Shown: piece by piece, positions 52,701-64,000 of the stretch | How the letters are laid out: each line of letters opens with the position of its first letter | Position numbering within the stretch: the stretch's first letter is position 1 | Source: Eledone cirrhosa | Taxonomy: Eukaryota | Reading direction: 5' to 3' | Assembly (NCBI GenBank): GCA_964016885.1 | Contig: OZ024741.1 | Coordinates: 20,770,001 to 20,834,000 of the forward strand | DNA: 64,000 bases | Program-made: the position numbers and the translations under genes | Notes under the pieces: model-generated | Databases searched by the model: none | The model's input: only the letters and a program-made list of their open reading frames with translations | What the model was told of the DNA's origin: nothing

Positions 52701-55700
52701 TTGGGGAGTGAAGACCAGCTAAGACAACCAATTAGATGGTGGAACTTGGGGAGTGAAGACCAGCTAAGACAACCAATTAGATGGTGGAACTTAGAGGGTG
52801 AAGACCATCGAAGACAACCAATTAGATGGTGGAAATAGGAGAGTGAAGACCAGCTAAGACAGCCAATTAGAGGGTGAAGACCAGCTAAGACAACAAATTA
52901 GATGGTGGAACTTGGGGAGTGAAGACCTGCTAAGACACCCAATTAGATGGTGGAATTTGGGAAGAGAAGACCAGCTAAGACAACCAATTAGATGGTGGAA
53001 CTTGGAGAGTGAAGACCAGCTAAGACAACCAATTAGATGGTGGAACTTGGAGAGTGAAGACCAGCTAAGACAACCAATTAGATGGTGGAACTTGGGGAGT
53101 GAAGACCAGCTAAGAAAACCAGTTATATGGTGAAACTTGGAGAGTGAAGACCAGCTAAGAGAACGAATTAGATAGTGGAACTTGGAGAGTGAAGACCAGC
53201 TAAGACAACCAATTAGATGGTGGAACTTGGAGAGTGAAGACCAGCTAAGTCAACAAATTAGATGGTGGAACTTGGAGAGTGAAGACCAGCTAAGACAACC
53301 AATTAGATGGTGGAACTTAGAGGGTGAAGACCAGCTAAGACAACCAATTAGATGATGGAACTTGGGGAGAAAAGACCAGCTAAGACAACCAATTAGATGG
53401 TGGAACTTGGGGAGTGAAGACCAGCTAAGACAACCAAGTAGATGGTGGAACTTGGGGAGTGAAGACCAGCTAAGACAACCAATTAGGTGGTGGAACTTGG
53501 GGAGTGAAGAACAGCTAAGACAACCAATTAGATGGTGGAACTTGGGGAGTGTAGACCTGCTAAGACAACCAATTAGATGGTGGAACTTAGAGGGTGAAGA
53601 CCAGCGAAGACAACCAATTAGATGGTGGAACTTGGAGAGTGAAGACCAGCTAAGAGAACGAATTAGATGGTGGAACTAGGATAGTGAAGACCAGCTAAGA
53701 CAGCCAATTAGATGGTGGAACTTGGAGAGTGAAGACCAGCTAAGACAACCAATTAGATGTTGGAACTAGGAGAGTGAAGACCAGCTAAGACAACCAATTA
53801 GATGGTGGAACTTGGAGAGTGAAGACCAGCTAAGAGAACGAATTAGATGGTGGAACTAGGAGAGTGAAGACCAGCTAAGACAGCCAATTAGAAGGTGAAG
53901 ACCAGCTAAGAGAACGAATTAGATGGTGGAACTTGGGGAGAGAAGACCAGCTAAGACAACCAATTAGAAGGTGGAACTTGGGGAGAGAAGACCAGCTAAG
54001 AAAACCAATTAGATGGTGGAACTTGGAGAGTGAAGACCAGCTAAGAGAACCAATTAGATGGTGGAACATGTGGACTGAAGACCAGCTAAGACAACCAATA
54101 ACATGGTGGAACTTGGGGAGTGATGACCAGCTAAGACAACCAATTAGATGGTGGAACTTGGGAGTGAAGACCAGCTAAGACAACCAATTAGATGGTGGAA
54201 TTGGGGAATGAAGACCAGCTAAGACAACCAATTAGATGGTGGAACTTGGGGAGTGAAGACCAGCTAAGACAACCAATTAGATGGTGGAACTTGGGGAGTG
54301 AAGTCCAGTTAAGACAACCAATTAGATGGTGGAACTTGGGGAGTGAAGACCAGCTAAGACAACCAATTAGAAGGTGGAACTTGGGGAGTGAAGACCAGCT
54401 AAGACAACCAATTAGATGGTGGAACTTGGGGAGTGAAGACCAGCTAAGACAACCAATTAGATGGTGGAACTTAGAGGGTGAAGACCAGCGAAGACAACCA
54501 ATTAGATGGTGGAAATAGGAGAGTGAAGACCAGCTAAGACAGCCAATTAGAGGGTGAAGACCAGCTAAGACAACAGATTAGATGGTGGAACTTGGGGAGT
54601 GAAGACCTGCTAAGACACCCAATTAGATGGTGGAATTTGGGAAGAGAAGACCAGCTAAGACAACCAATTAGATGGTGGAACTTGGAGAGTGAAGACCAGC
54701 GAAGACAACCAATTAGATGGTGGAACTAGGAGAGTGAAGACCAGCTAAGACAACCAATTAGAGGGTGAAGACCAGCTAAGACAACCAATTAAATGGTGGA
54801 AATTGGGGAGTGAAGACCAGCTAAGACAACCAATTAGATGGTGGAATTTGGGAAGAGAAGACCAGCTAAGACAACCAATTAAATGGTGGAACTTGGAGAG
54901 TGAAGACCAGCTAAGAGAACGAATTAGATGGTGGAACTAGGAGAGTGAAGACCAGCTAAGACAGCCAATTAGAGGGTGAAGACCAGCTAAGAGAACGAAT
55001 TAGAAGGTGGAACTTGGGGAGAGAAGACCAGCTAAGACAACCAATTAGATGGTGGAACTTGGGGAGTGAAGACCAGCTAAGACAACCAATTAGATGGTGG
55101 AACATGGAGAGAGAAGACCAGCTAAGAAAACCAATTAGATGGTGGAACTTGCAGAGTGAAGACCAGCTAAGAGAACCAATTAGATGGTGGAACATGTGGA
55201 CTGAAGACCAGCTAAGACAACCAATAAGATGGTGGAACTTGGGGAGTGAAGACCAGCTGAGACAACCAATTAGATGGTGGAACTTGGGGACTGAAGACCA
55301 GCTAAGACAACCAATTAGATGGTGGAACTTGGGGAGTGAAGACCAGCTAAGACAACCAATTAGATGGTGGAACTTAGAGAGAGAAGACCAGATAAGACAA
55401 CCAATTAGATGGTGGAACTTGGGGAGTGAAGACCAGCTAAGACAACCAATTAGAAGGTGGAACTTGGGGAGTGAAGACCAGCTAAGACAACCAATTAGAT
55501 GGTGGAACATGGGGAGTGAAGACCAGCTAAGACAACCAATTAGATGGTGGAACTTGGGGAGTGAAGACCAGCTAAGACAACCAATTAGATGGTGGAACTT
55601 AGAGGGTGAAGACCAGCGAAGACAACCAATTAGATGGTGGAAATAGGAGAGTGAAGACCAGCTAAGACAGCCAATTAGAGGGTGAAGACCAGCTAAGACA

Positions 55701-57900
55701 ACAAATTAGATGGTGGAACTTGGGGAGTGAAGACCTGCTAAGACACCCAATTACATGGTGGAATTTGGGAAGAGAAGACCAGCTAAGACAACCAATTAGA
55801 TGGTGGAACTTGGAGAGTGAAGACCAGCTAAGACAACCAATTAGATGGTGGAACTTGGAGAGTGAAGACCAGCTATGACAACCAATTAGATGGTGGAACT
55901 TGGGGAGTGAAGACCAGCTAAGACAACCAATTAGATGGTGGAATAGTGGAAAGAAGACCAGCTAAGACAACCAATTAGATGGTGGAACTTGGGGAGTGAA
56001 GACCAGCTAAGAAAACCAGTTATATGGTGGAACTTGGAGAGTGAAAACCAGCTAAGAGAACGAATTAGAAGGTGGAACTTGGGGAGAGAAGACCAGCTAA
56101 GACAACCAATTAGATGGTGGAACTTGGGGCGTGAAGACCAGCTAAGACAACCAATTAGATGGTGGAACTTGGAGAGAGAAGTCCAGCTAAGAGAACCAAT
56201 TAGATGGTGGAACTTGGAGAGAGAAGACCAGCTAAGAAAACCAATTAGATGGTGGAACTTGGAGAGTGAAGACCAGCTAATAGAACCAATTAGATGGTGG
56301 AACATGTGGACTGAAGACCAGCTAAGACAACCAATAAGATGGTGGAACTTGGGGAGTGAAGACCAGCTAAGACAACCAATTAGATGGTGGAACTTGGGGA
56401 GTGAAGACCAGCTAAGACAACCAATTAGATGGTGGAACTTGGGGAGTGAAGACCAGCTAAGACAACCAATTAGATGGTGGAACTTAGAGGGTGAAGACCA
56501 TCGAAGACAACCAATTAGATGGTGGAAATAGGAGAGTGAAGACCAGCTAAGACAGCCAATTAGAGGGTGAAGACCAGCTAAGACAACAAATTAGATGGTG
56601 GAACTTGGGGAGTGAAGACCTGCTAAGACACCCAATTAGATGGTGGAATTTGGGAAGAGAAGACCAGCTAAGACAACCAATTAGATGGTGGAACTTGGAG
56701 AGTGAAGACCAGCTAAGACAACCAATTAGATGGTGGAACTTGGAGAGTGAAGACCAGCTAAGACAACCAATTAGATGGTGGAACTTGGGGAGTGAAGACC
56801 AGCTAAGAAAACCAGTTATATGGTGAAACTTGGAGAGTGAAGACCAGCTAAGAGAACGAATTAGATAGTGGAACTTGGAGAGTGAAGACCAGCTAAGACA
56901 ACCAATTAGATGGTGGAACTTGGAGAGTGAAGACCAGCTAAGTCAACAAATTAGATGGTGGAACTTGGAGAGTGAAGACCAGCTAAGACAACCAATTAGA
57001 TGGTGGAACTTAGAGGGTGAAGACCAGCTAAGACAACCAATTAGATGATGGAACTTGGGGAGAAAAGACCAGCTAAGACAACCAATTAGATGGTGGAACT
57101 TGGGGAGTGAAGACCAGCTAAGACAACCAAGTAGATGGTGGAACTTGGGGAGTGAAGACCAGCTAAGACAACCAATTAGGTGGTGGAACTTGGGGAGTGA
57201 AGAACAGCTAAGACAACCAATTAGATGGTGGAACTTGGGGAGTGTAGACCTGCTAAGACAACCAATTAGATGGTGGAACTTAGAGGGTGAAGACCAGCGA
57301 AGACAACCAATTAGATGGTGGAACTTGGAGAGTGAAGACCAGCTAAGAGAACGAATTAGATGGTGGAACTAGGATAGTGAAGACCAGCTAAGACAGCCAA
57401 TTAGATGGTGGAACTTGGAGAGTGAAGACCAGCTAAGACAACCAATTAGATGTTGGAACTAGGAGAGTGAAGACCAGCTAAGACAACCAATTAGATGGTG
57501 GAACTTGGAGAGTGAAGACCAGCTAAGAGAACGAATTAGATGGTGGAACTAGGAGAGTGAAGACCAGCTAAGACAGCCAATTAGAAGGTGAAGACCAGCT
57601 AAGAGAACGAATTAGATGGTGGAACTTGGGGAGAGAAGACCAGCTAAGACAACCAATTAGAAGGTGGAACTTGGGGAGAGAAGACCAGCTAAGACAACCA
57701 ATTAGATGGTGGAACTTGGGGAGTGAAGACCAGCTAAGACAACCAATTAGATGGTGGAACTTGGAGAGAGAAGACCAGCTAAGAAAACCAATTAGATGGT
57801 GGAACTTGGAGAGTGAAGACCAGCTAAGAGAACCAATTAGATGGTGGAACATGTGGACTGAAGACCAGCTAAGACAACCAATAACATGGTGGAACTTGGG
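46800..57900 (+). repeat. Domain B tandem higher-order repeats with periods of 2,597 and 3,603-3,693 bp
   Basis: Offsets are 2,597 (47,072/49,669; 47,643/50,240; 47,992/50,589; 48,814/51,411), 3,693 (49,669/53,362/57,055; 50,240/53,933/57,626; 52,296/55,989; 52,912/56,605) and 3,603 (50,589/54,192; 51,411/55,014). Confidence 0.85.
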
Positions 57901-60900
57901 GAGTGATGACCAGCTGAGACAACCAATTAGATGGTGGAACTTGGAGAGTGAAGACCAGATAAGACAACCAATTAGATGGTGGAACTTGGGGACTGAAGAC
58001 CAGCTAAGACAACCAATTAGATGGTGGAACTTGGGGAGTGAAGACCAGCTAAGACAACCAATTAGATGGTGGAATTTGGGAAGAGAAGACCAGCTAAGAC
58101 AACCAATTAGATGGTGGAACTTGGAGAGTGAAGACCAGATAAGACAACCAATTAGATGGTGGAACTTGGGGACTGAAGACCAGCTAAGAAAACCAATTAG
58201 ATGGTGGAACTTGGGGACTGAAGACCAGCTAAGACAACCAATTAGATGGTGGAACTTAGAGAGAGAAGACCAGAAAAGACAACCAATTAGATGGTGGAAC
58301 TTGGAGAGTGAAGACCAGCTAAGACAACCAAATAGATGGTGGAACTTGGGGAGTGAAGACCAGCTAAGACAACCAATTAGATGGTGGAAATTGGGGAGTG
58401 AAGAACAGCTAAGACAACCAATTAGATGGTGGAACTTGGGGAATGTAGACCTGCTAAGACAACCAATTAGATGGTGGAACTTAGAGGGTGAAGACCAGCG
58501 AAGACAACCAATTAGATTGTGGAACTAGGAGAGTGAAGACCAGCTAAGACAACCAATTAGAGGGTGAAGACCAGCTAAGACAACCAATTAGATGGTGGAA
58601 CTTGGGGAGTGAAGACCAGCTAAGACAACCAATTAGATGGTGGATTTTGCGAATAGAAGACCAGCTAAGACAACCAATTAGATGGTGGAACTTGGAGAGT
58701 GAAGACCAGCTAAGAGAACGAATTAGATGGTGGAACTAGGAGAGTGAAGACCAGCTAAGACAGCCAGTTAGAGGGTGAAGACCAGCTAAGAGAACGAATT
58801 AGAAGGTGGAACTTGGGGAGAGAAGACCAGCTAAGACAACCAATTAGAAGGTGGAACTTGGGGAGAGAAGACCAGCTAAGACAACCAATTAGATGGTGGA
58901 ACTTAGGGAGTGAAGACCAGCTAAGACAACCAATTAGATGGTGGAACTTGGGGACTGAAGAACAGCTAAGACAACCAATTAGATGGTGGAACTTGGGGAG
59001 TGAAGATCAGCTAAGACAACCAATTAGATGTTGGAACTAGGAGAGTGAAGACCAGCTAAGACAACCAATTAGATGGTGGAACTTGGAGAGTGAAGACCAG
59101 CTAAGAGAACGAATTAGATGGTGGAACTAGGATAGTGAAGACCAGCTAAGACAGCCAATTAGAGGGTGAAGACCAGCTAAGACAACAAATTAGATGGTGG
59201 AACTTGGGGAGTGAAGACCTGCTAAGACACCCAATTAGATGGTGGAATTTGGGAAGAGAAGACCAGCTAAGACAACCAATTAGATGGTGGAACTTGGAGA
59301 GTGAAGACCAGCTAAGACAACCAATTAGATGGTGGAACTTGGAGAGTGAAGACCAGATAAGACAACCAATTAGATGGTGGAACTTGGGGAGTGAAGACCA
59401 GCTAAGACAACCAATTAGATGGTGGAATAGTGGAATGAAGACCAGCTAAGACAACCAATTAGATGGTGGAACTTGGGGAGTGAAGACCAGCTAAGAAAAC
59501 CAGTTATATGGTGGAACTTGGAGAGTGAAGACCAGCTAAGAGAACGAATTAGATAGTGGAACTTGGAGAGTGAAGACCAGCTAAGACAACCAATTAGATG
59601 GTGGAACTTAGAGGGTGAAGACCAGCTAAGACAACCAATTAGATGATGGAACTTGGGGAGAAAAGACCACCTAAGACAACCAATTAGATGGTGGAACTTG
59701 GGGAGTGAAGACCAGCTAAGACAACCAATTAGATGGTGGAACTTGGGGAGTGAAGACCAGCTAAGACAACCAATTAGGTGGTGGAACTTGGGGAGTGAAG
59801 AACAGCTAAGACAACCAATTAGATGGTGGAATTTGGGGAGTGTAGACCTGCTAAGACAACCAATTAGATGGTGGAACTTAGAGGGTGAAGACCAGCGAAG
59901 ACAACCAATTAGATGGTGGAACTAGGAGAGTGAAGACCAGCTAAGACAACCAATTAGAGGGTGAAGACCAGCTAAGACAACCAATTAGATGGTGGAACTT
60001 GGGGAGTGAAGACCAGCTAAGACAACCAATTAGATGGTGGATTTTGCGAAGAGAAGACCAGCTAAGACAACCAATTAGATGGTGGAACTTGGAGAGTGAA
60101 GACCAGCTAAGAGAACGAATTAGATGGTGGAACTAGGAGAGTGAAGACCAGCTAAGACAGCCAATTAGAAGGTGAAGACCAGCTAAGAGAACGAATTAGA
60201 TGGTGGAACTTGGGGAGAGAAGACCAGCTAAGACAACCAATTAGAAGGTGGAACTTGGGGAGAGAAGACCAGCTAAGACAACCAATTAGATGGTGGAACT
60301 TGGGGAGTGAAGACCAGCTAAGACAACCAATTAGATGGTGGAACTTGGAGAGAGAAGACCAGCTAAGAAAACCAATTAGATGGTGGAACTTGGAGAGTGA
60401 AGACCAGCTAATAGAACCAATTAGATGGTGGAACATGTGGACTGAAGACCAGCTAAGACAACCAATAAGATGGTGGAACTTGGGGAGTGAAGACCAGCTA
60501 AGACAACCAATTAGATGGTGGAACTTGGGGAGTGAAGACCAGCTAAGACAACCAATTAGATGGTGGAACTTGGGGAGTGAAGACCAGCTAAGACAACCAA
60601 TTAGATGGTGGAACTTAGAGGGTGAAGACCATCGAAGACAACCAATTAGATGGTGGAAATAGGAGAGTGAAGACCAGCTAAGACAGCCAATTAGAGGGTG
60701 AAGACCAGCTAAGACAACAAATTAGATGGTGGAACTTGGGGAGTGAAGACCTGCTAAGACACCCAATTAGATGGTGGAATTTGGGAAGAGAAGACCAGCT
60801 AAGACAACCAATTAGATGGTGGAACTTGGAGAGTGAAGACCAGCTAAGACAACCAATTAGATGGTGGAACTTGGAGAGTGAAGACCAGATAAGACAACCA

Positions 60901-63900
60901 ATTAGATGGTGGAACTTGGGGAGTGAAGACCAGCTAAGACAACCAATTAGATGGTGGAATAGTGGAATGAAGACCAGCTAAGACAACCAATTAGATGGTG
61001 GAACTTGGGGAGTGAAGACCAGCTAAGAAAACCAGTTATATGGTGAAACTTGGAGAGTGAAGACCAGCTAAGAGAACGAATTAGATAGTGGAACTTGGAG
61101 AGTGAAGACCAGCTAAGACAACCAATTAGATGGTGGAACTTGGAGAGTGAAGACCAGCTAAGTCAACAAATTAGATGGTGGAACTTGGAGAGTGAAGACC
61201 AGCTAAGACAACCAATTAGATGGTGGAACTTAGAGGGTGAAGACCAGCTAAGACAACCAATTAGATGATGGAACTTGGGGAGAAAAGACCAGCTAAGACA
61301 ACCAATTAGATGGTGGAACTTAGAGGGTGAAGACCAGCGAAGACAACCAATTAGATGGTGGAACTAGGAGAGTGAAGACCAGCTAAGACAACCAATTAGA
61401 GGGTGAAGACCAGCTAAGACAACCAATTAGATGGTGGAACTTGGGGAGTGAAGACCAGCTAAGACAACCAATTAGATGGTGGATTTTGCGAAGAGAAGAC
61501 CAGCTAAGACAACCAATTAGATGGTGGAACTTGGAGAGTGAAGACCAGCTAAGAGAACGAATTAGATGGTGGAACTAGGAGAGTGAAGACCAGCTAAGAC
61601 AGCCAATTAGAAGGTGAAGACCAGCTAAGAGAACGAATTAGATGGTGGAACTTGGGGAGAGAAGACCAGCTAAGACAACCAATTAGAAGGTGGAACTTGG
61701 GGAGAGAAGACCAGCTAAGACAACCAATTAGATGGTGGAACTTGGGGAGTGAAGACCAGCTAAGACAACCAATTAGATGGTGGAACTTGGAGAGAGAAGA
61801 CCAGCTAAGAAAACCAATTAGATGGTGGAACTTGGAGAGTGAAGACCAGCTAAGAGAACCAATTAGATGGTGGAACATGTGGACTGAAGACCAGCTAAGA
61901 CAACCAATAACATGGTGGAACTTGGGGAGTGATGACCAGCTGAGACAACCAATTAGATGGTGGAACTTGGAGAGTGAAGACCAGATAAGACAACCAATTA
62001 GATGGTGGAACTTGGGGACTGAAGACCAGCTAAGACAACCAATTAGATGGTGGAACTTGGGGAGTGAAGACCAGCTAAGACAACCAATTAGATGGTGGAA
62101 TTTGGGAAGAGAAGACCAGCTAAGACAACCAATTAAATGGTGGAACTTGGAGAGTGAAGACCAGATAAGACAACCAATTAGATGGTGGAACTTGGGGACT
62201 GAAGACCAGCTAAGAAAACCAATTAGATGGTGGAACTTGGGGACTGAAGACCAGCTAAGACAACCAATTAGATGGTGGAACTTAGAGAGAGAAGACCAGA
62301 AAAGACAACCAATTAGATGGTGGAACTTGGAGAGTGAAGACCAGCTAAGACAACCAAATAGATGGTGGAACTTGGGGAGTGAAGACCAGCTAAGACAACC
62401 AATTAGATGGTGGAACTTGGGGAGTGAAGAACAGCTAAGACAACCAATTAGATGGTGGAACTTGGGGAGTGTAGACCTGCTAAGACAACCAATTAGATGG
62501 TGGAACTTAGAGGGTGAAGACCAGCGAAGACAACCAATTAGATTGTGGAACTAGGAGAGTGAAGACCAGCTAAGACAACCAATTAGATGGTGGAACTTGG
62601 GGAGTGAAGACCAGCTAAGACAACCAATTAGATGGTGGATTTTGCGAATAGAAGACCAGCTAAGACAACCAATTAGATGGTGGAACTTGGAGAGTGAAGA
62701 CCAGCTAAGAGAACGAATTAGATGGTGGAACTAGGAGAGTGAAGACCAGCTAAGACAGCCAGTTAGAGGGTGAAGACCAGCTAAGAGAACGAATTAGAAG
62801 GTGGAACTTGGGGAGAGAAGACCAGCTAAGACAACCAATTAGAAGGTGGAACTTGGGGAGAGAAGACCAGCTAAGACAACCAATTAGATGGTGGAACTTA
62901 GGGAGTGAAGACCAGCTAAGACAACCAATTAGATGGGGGAACTTGGGGACTGAAGAACAGCTAAGACAACCAATTAGATGGTGGAACTTGGGGAGTGAAG
63001 ACCAGCTAAGACAACCAATTAGATGTTGGAACTAGGAGAGTGAAGACCAGCTAAGACAACCAATTAGATGGTGGAACTTGGAGAGTGAAGACCAGCTAAG
63101 AGAACGAATTAGATGGTGGAACTAGGATAGTGAAGACCAGCTAAGACAGCCAATTAGAGGGTGAAGACCAGCTAAGACAACAAATTAGATGGTGGAACTT
63201 GGGGAGTGAAGACCTGCTAAGACACCCAATTAGATGGTGGAATTTGGGAAGAGAAGACCAGCTAAGACAACCAATTAGATGGTGGAACTTGGAGAGTGAA
63301 GACCAGCTAAGACAACCAATTAGATGGTGGAACTTGGGGAGTGAAGACCAGCTAAGACAACCAATTAGATGGTGGAATAGTGGAATGAAGACCAGCTAAG
63401 ACAACCAATTAGATGGTGGAACTTGGGGAGTGAAGACCAGCTAAGACAACCAATTAGATGGTGGAATAGTGGAATGAAGACCAGCTAAGACAACCAATTA
63501 GATGGTGGAACTTGGAGAGTGAAGACCAGCTAAGAGAACGAATTAGATAGTGGAACTTGGAGAGTGAAGACCAGCTAAGACAACCAATTAGATGGTGGAA
63601 CTTGGAGAGTGAAGACCAGCTAAGACAACAAATTAGATGGTGGAACTTGGAGAGTGAAGACCAGCTAAGACAACCAATTAGATGGTGGAACTTAGAGGGT
63701 GAAGACCAGCTAAGACAACCAATTAGATGATGGAACTTGGGGAGAAAAGACCACCTAAGACAACCAATTAGATGGTGGAACTTGGGGAGTGAAGACCAGC
63801 TAAGACAACCAATTAGATGGTGGAACTTGGGGAGTGAAGACCAGCTAAGACAACCAATTAGGTGGTGGAACTTGGGGAGTGAAGAACAGCTAAGACAACC

Positions 63901-64000
63901 AATTAGATGGTGGAACTTGGGGAGTGTAGACCTGCTAAGACAACCAATTAGATGGTGGAACTTAGAGGGTGAAGACCAGCGAAGACAACCAATTAGATGG
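57500..64000 (+). repeat. ~4.0 kb-offset duplication at the distal end of domain B
   Basis: Offset 4,026 (57,626/61,652) then 3,995 (58,813/62,808; 59,204/63,199). Shared private markers include GACCAGAAAAG (~58,268/62,294) and GGATTTTGCGAATAG (~58,642/62,637). Confidence 0.85.

Larger units (their letters stand above)
1..64000 (+). repeat. 45-bp tandem satellite DNA array, about 1,430 monomers, single orientation, extending past both window ends
   Basis: Consensus AAGACCAGCTAAGACAACCAATTAGATGGTGGAACTTGGGGAGTG (positions 1-45, repeated from 46) recurs on every line of the window. Differences are limited to substitutions, 1-bp deletions (44-mers) and a 14-bp deletion (31-mers). No reverse-complement copy or non-repeat sequence was seen. 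Strand is arbitrary (purine-rich strand). Confidence 0.99.
44090..64000 (+). repeat. Satellite domain B (more diverged; 45/44/31-bp monomers)
   Basis: Diagnostic variants that first appear after 44,300: AGAAGGTGG (44,311), TTAGAGGGTG (44,413), AAATAGG/AACTAGG, the 31-bp monomer (~44,470-44,500), AATTTGGGAAGAG, AACATGTGGACT and CAGTTATATGG. Domain A markers such as AGAATGTGG (last at ~43,503) are no longer seen. Confidence 0.9.

Noticed and set aside
36-63399. All ORFs in the supplied track as protein-coding genes (15-aa WWNLGSEDQLRQPIR repeat protein and its antisense)
   Set aside because: They follow from a 45-bp unit with a stop-free frame. There are no unique N- or C-terminal domains. Common variants mostly change the amino acid, and frameshifts (44- and 31-mers) and stops (TGATGG, GGTGAAAC, AACTAGG) are copied freely throughout.
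1-64000. CRISPR array
   Set aside because: There are no unique spacers. The whole 45 bp is repeated with only point variation, and there are no cas genes or leader in the window.
1-64000. Antigenic-variation cassettes, diversity-generating retroelement or programmed phase-variable locus
   Set aside because: Variants recur in inherited, ordered blocks as expected from tandem duplication. There is no expression site, recombinase, reverse transcriptase or adenine-specific mutation pattern.
1-64000. Tandem RNA gene array (5S rRNA, tRNA, snRNA, spliced leader)
   Set aside because: The 45-bp unit is too short, has only a 4-bp stem, and shows no recognisable A/B/C boxes or oligo-T terminator.
1-64000. 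Transposon insertion or inversion within the array
   Set aside because: I saw no non-satellite sequence, terminal repeats, target-site duplications or reverse-orientation monomers (CCACCATCTAATTGG) on the + strand.
1-64000. Pure sequencing or amplification artefact (rolling-circle concatemer) or synthetic repeat
   Set aside because: Variants form nested, ordered, recurring haplotypes and two related subfamilies, which random error on a single template would not produce. Local mis-assembly of copy number cannot be excluded.

Overview
The whole 64,000-bp window is one uninterrupted head-to-tail tandem array of a 45-bp monomer (consensus AAGACCAGCTAAGACAACCAATTAGATGGTGGAACTTGGGGAGTG; 47% GC, 67% purine on the + strand, no CpG), about 1,430 copies in a single orientation and running off both ends. 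I read this as eukaryotic-type satellite DNA, possibly centromeric, pericentromeric or subtelomeric; I cannot name the family or the organism. I found no genes, RNA genes, transposons, CRISPR spacers or unique sequence. The ORFs in the track arise because a 45-bp unit (a multiple of 3) happens to lack stops in one frame per strand. The informative signal is in the monomer variants. There are two domains with a sharp junction at about 44.1-44.25 kb. Domain A (1 to ~44.2 kb) has 45/44-bp monomers and is a patchwork of kb-scale duplicated blocks. Domain B (~44.1 kb to the end) is more diverged, carries about 33 copies of a 31-bp deletion monomer, a 211-bp 5-mer sub-repeat and ~2.6-4.0 kb duplications. 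I do not see evidence of a new gene-encoded system. Counts and block edges were read by eye and from the ORF-track offsets, so they are approximate.
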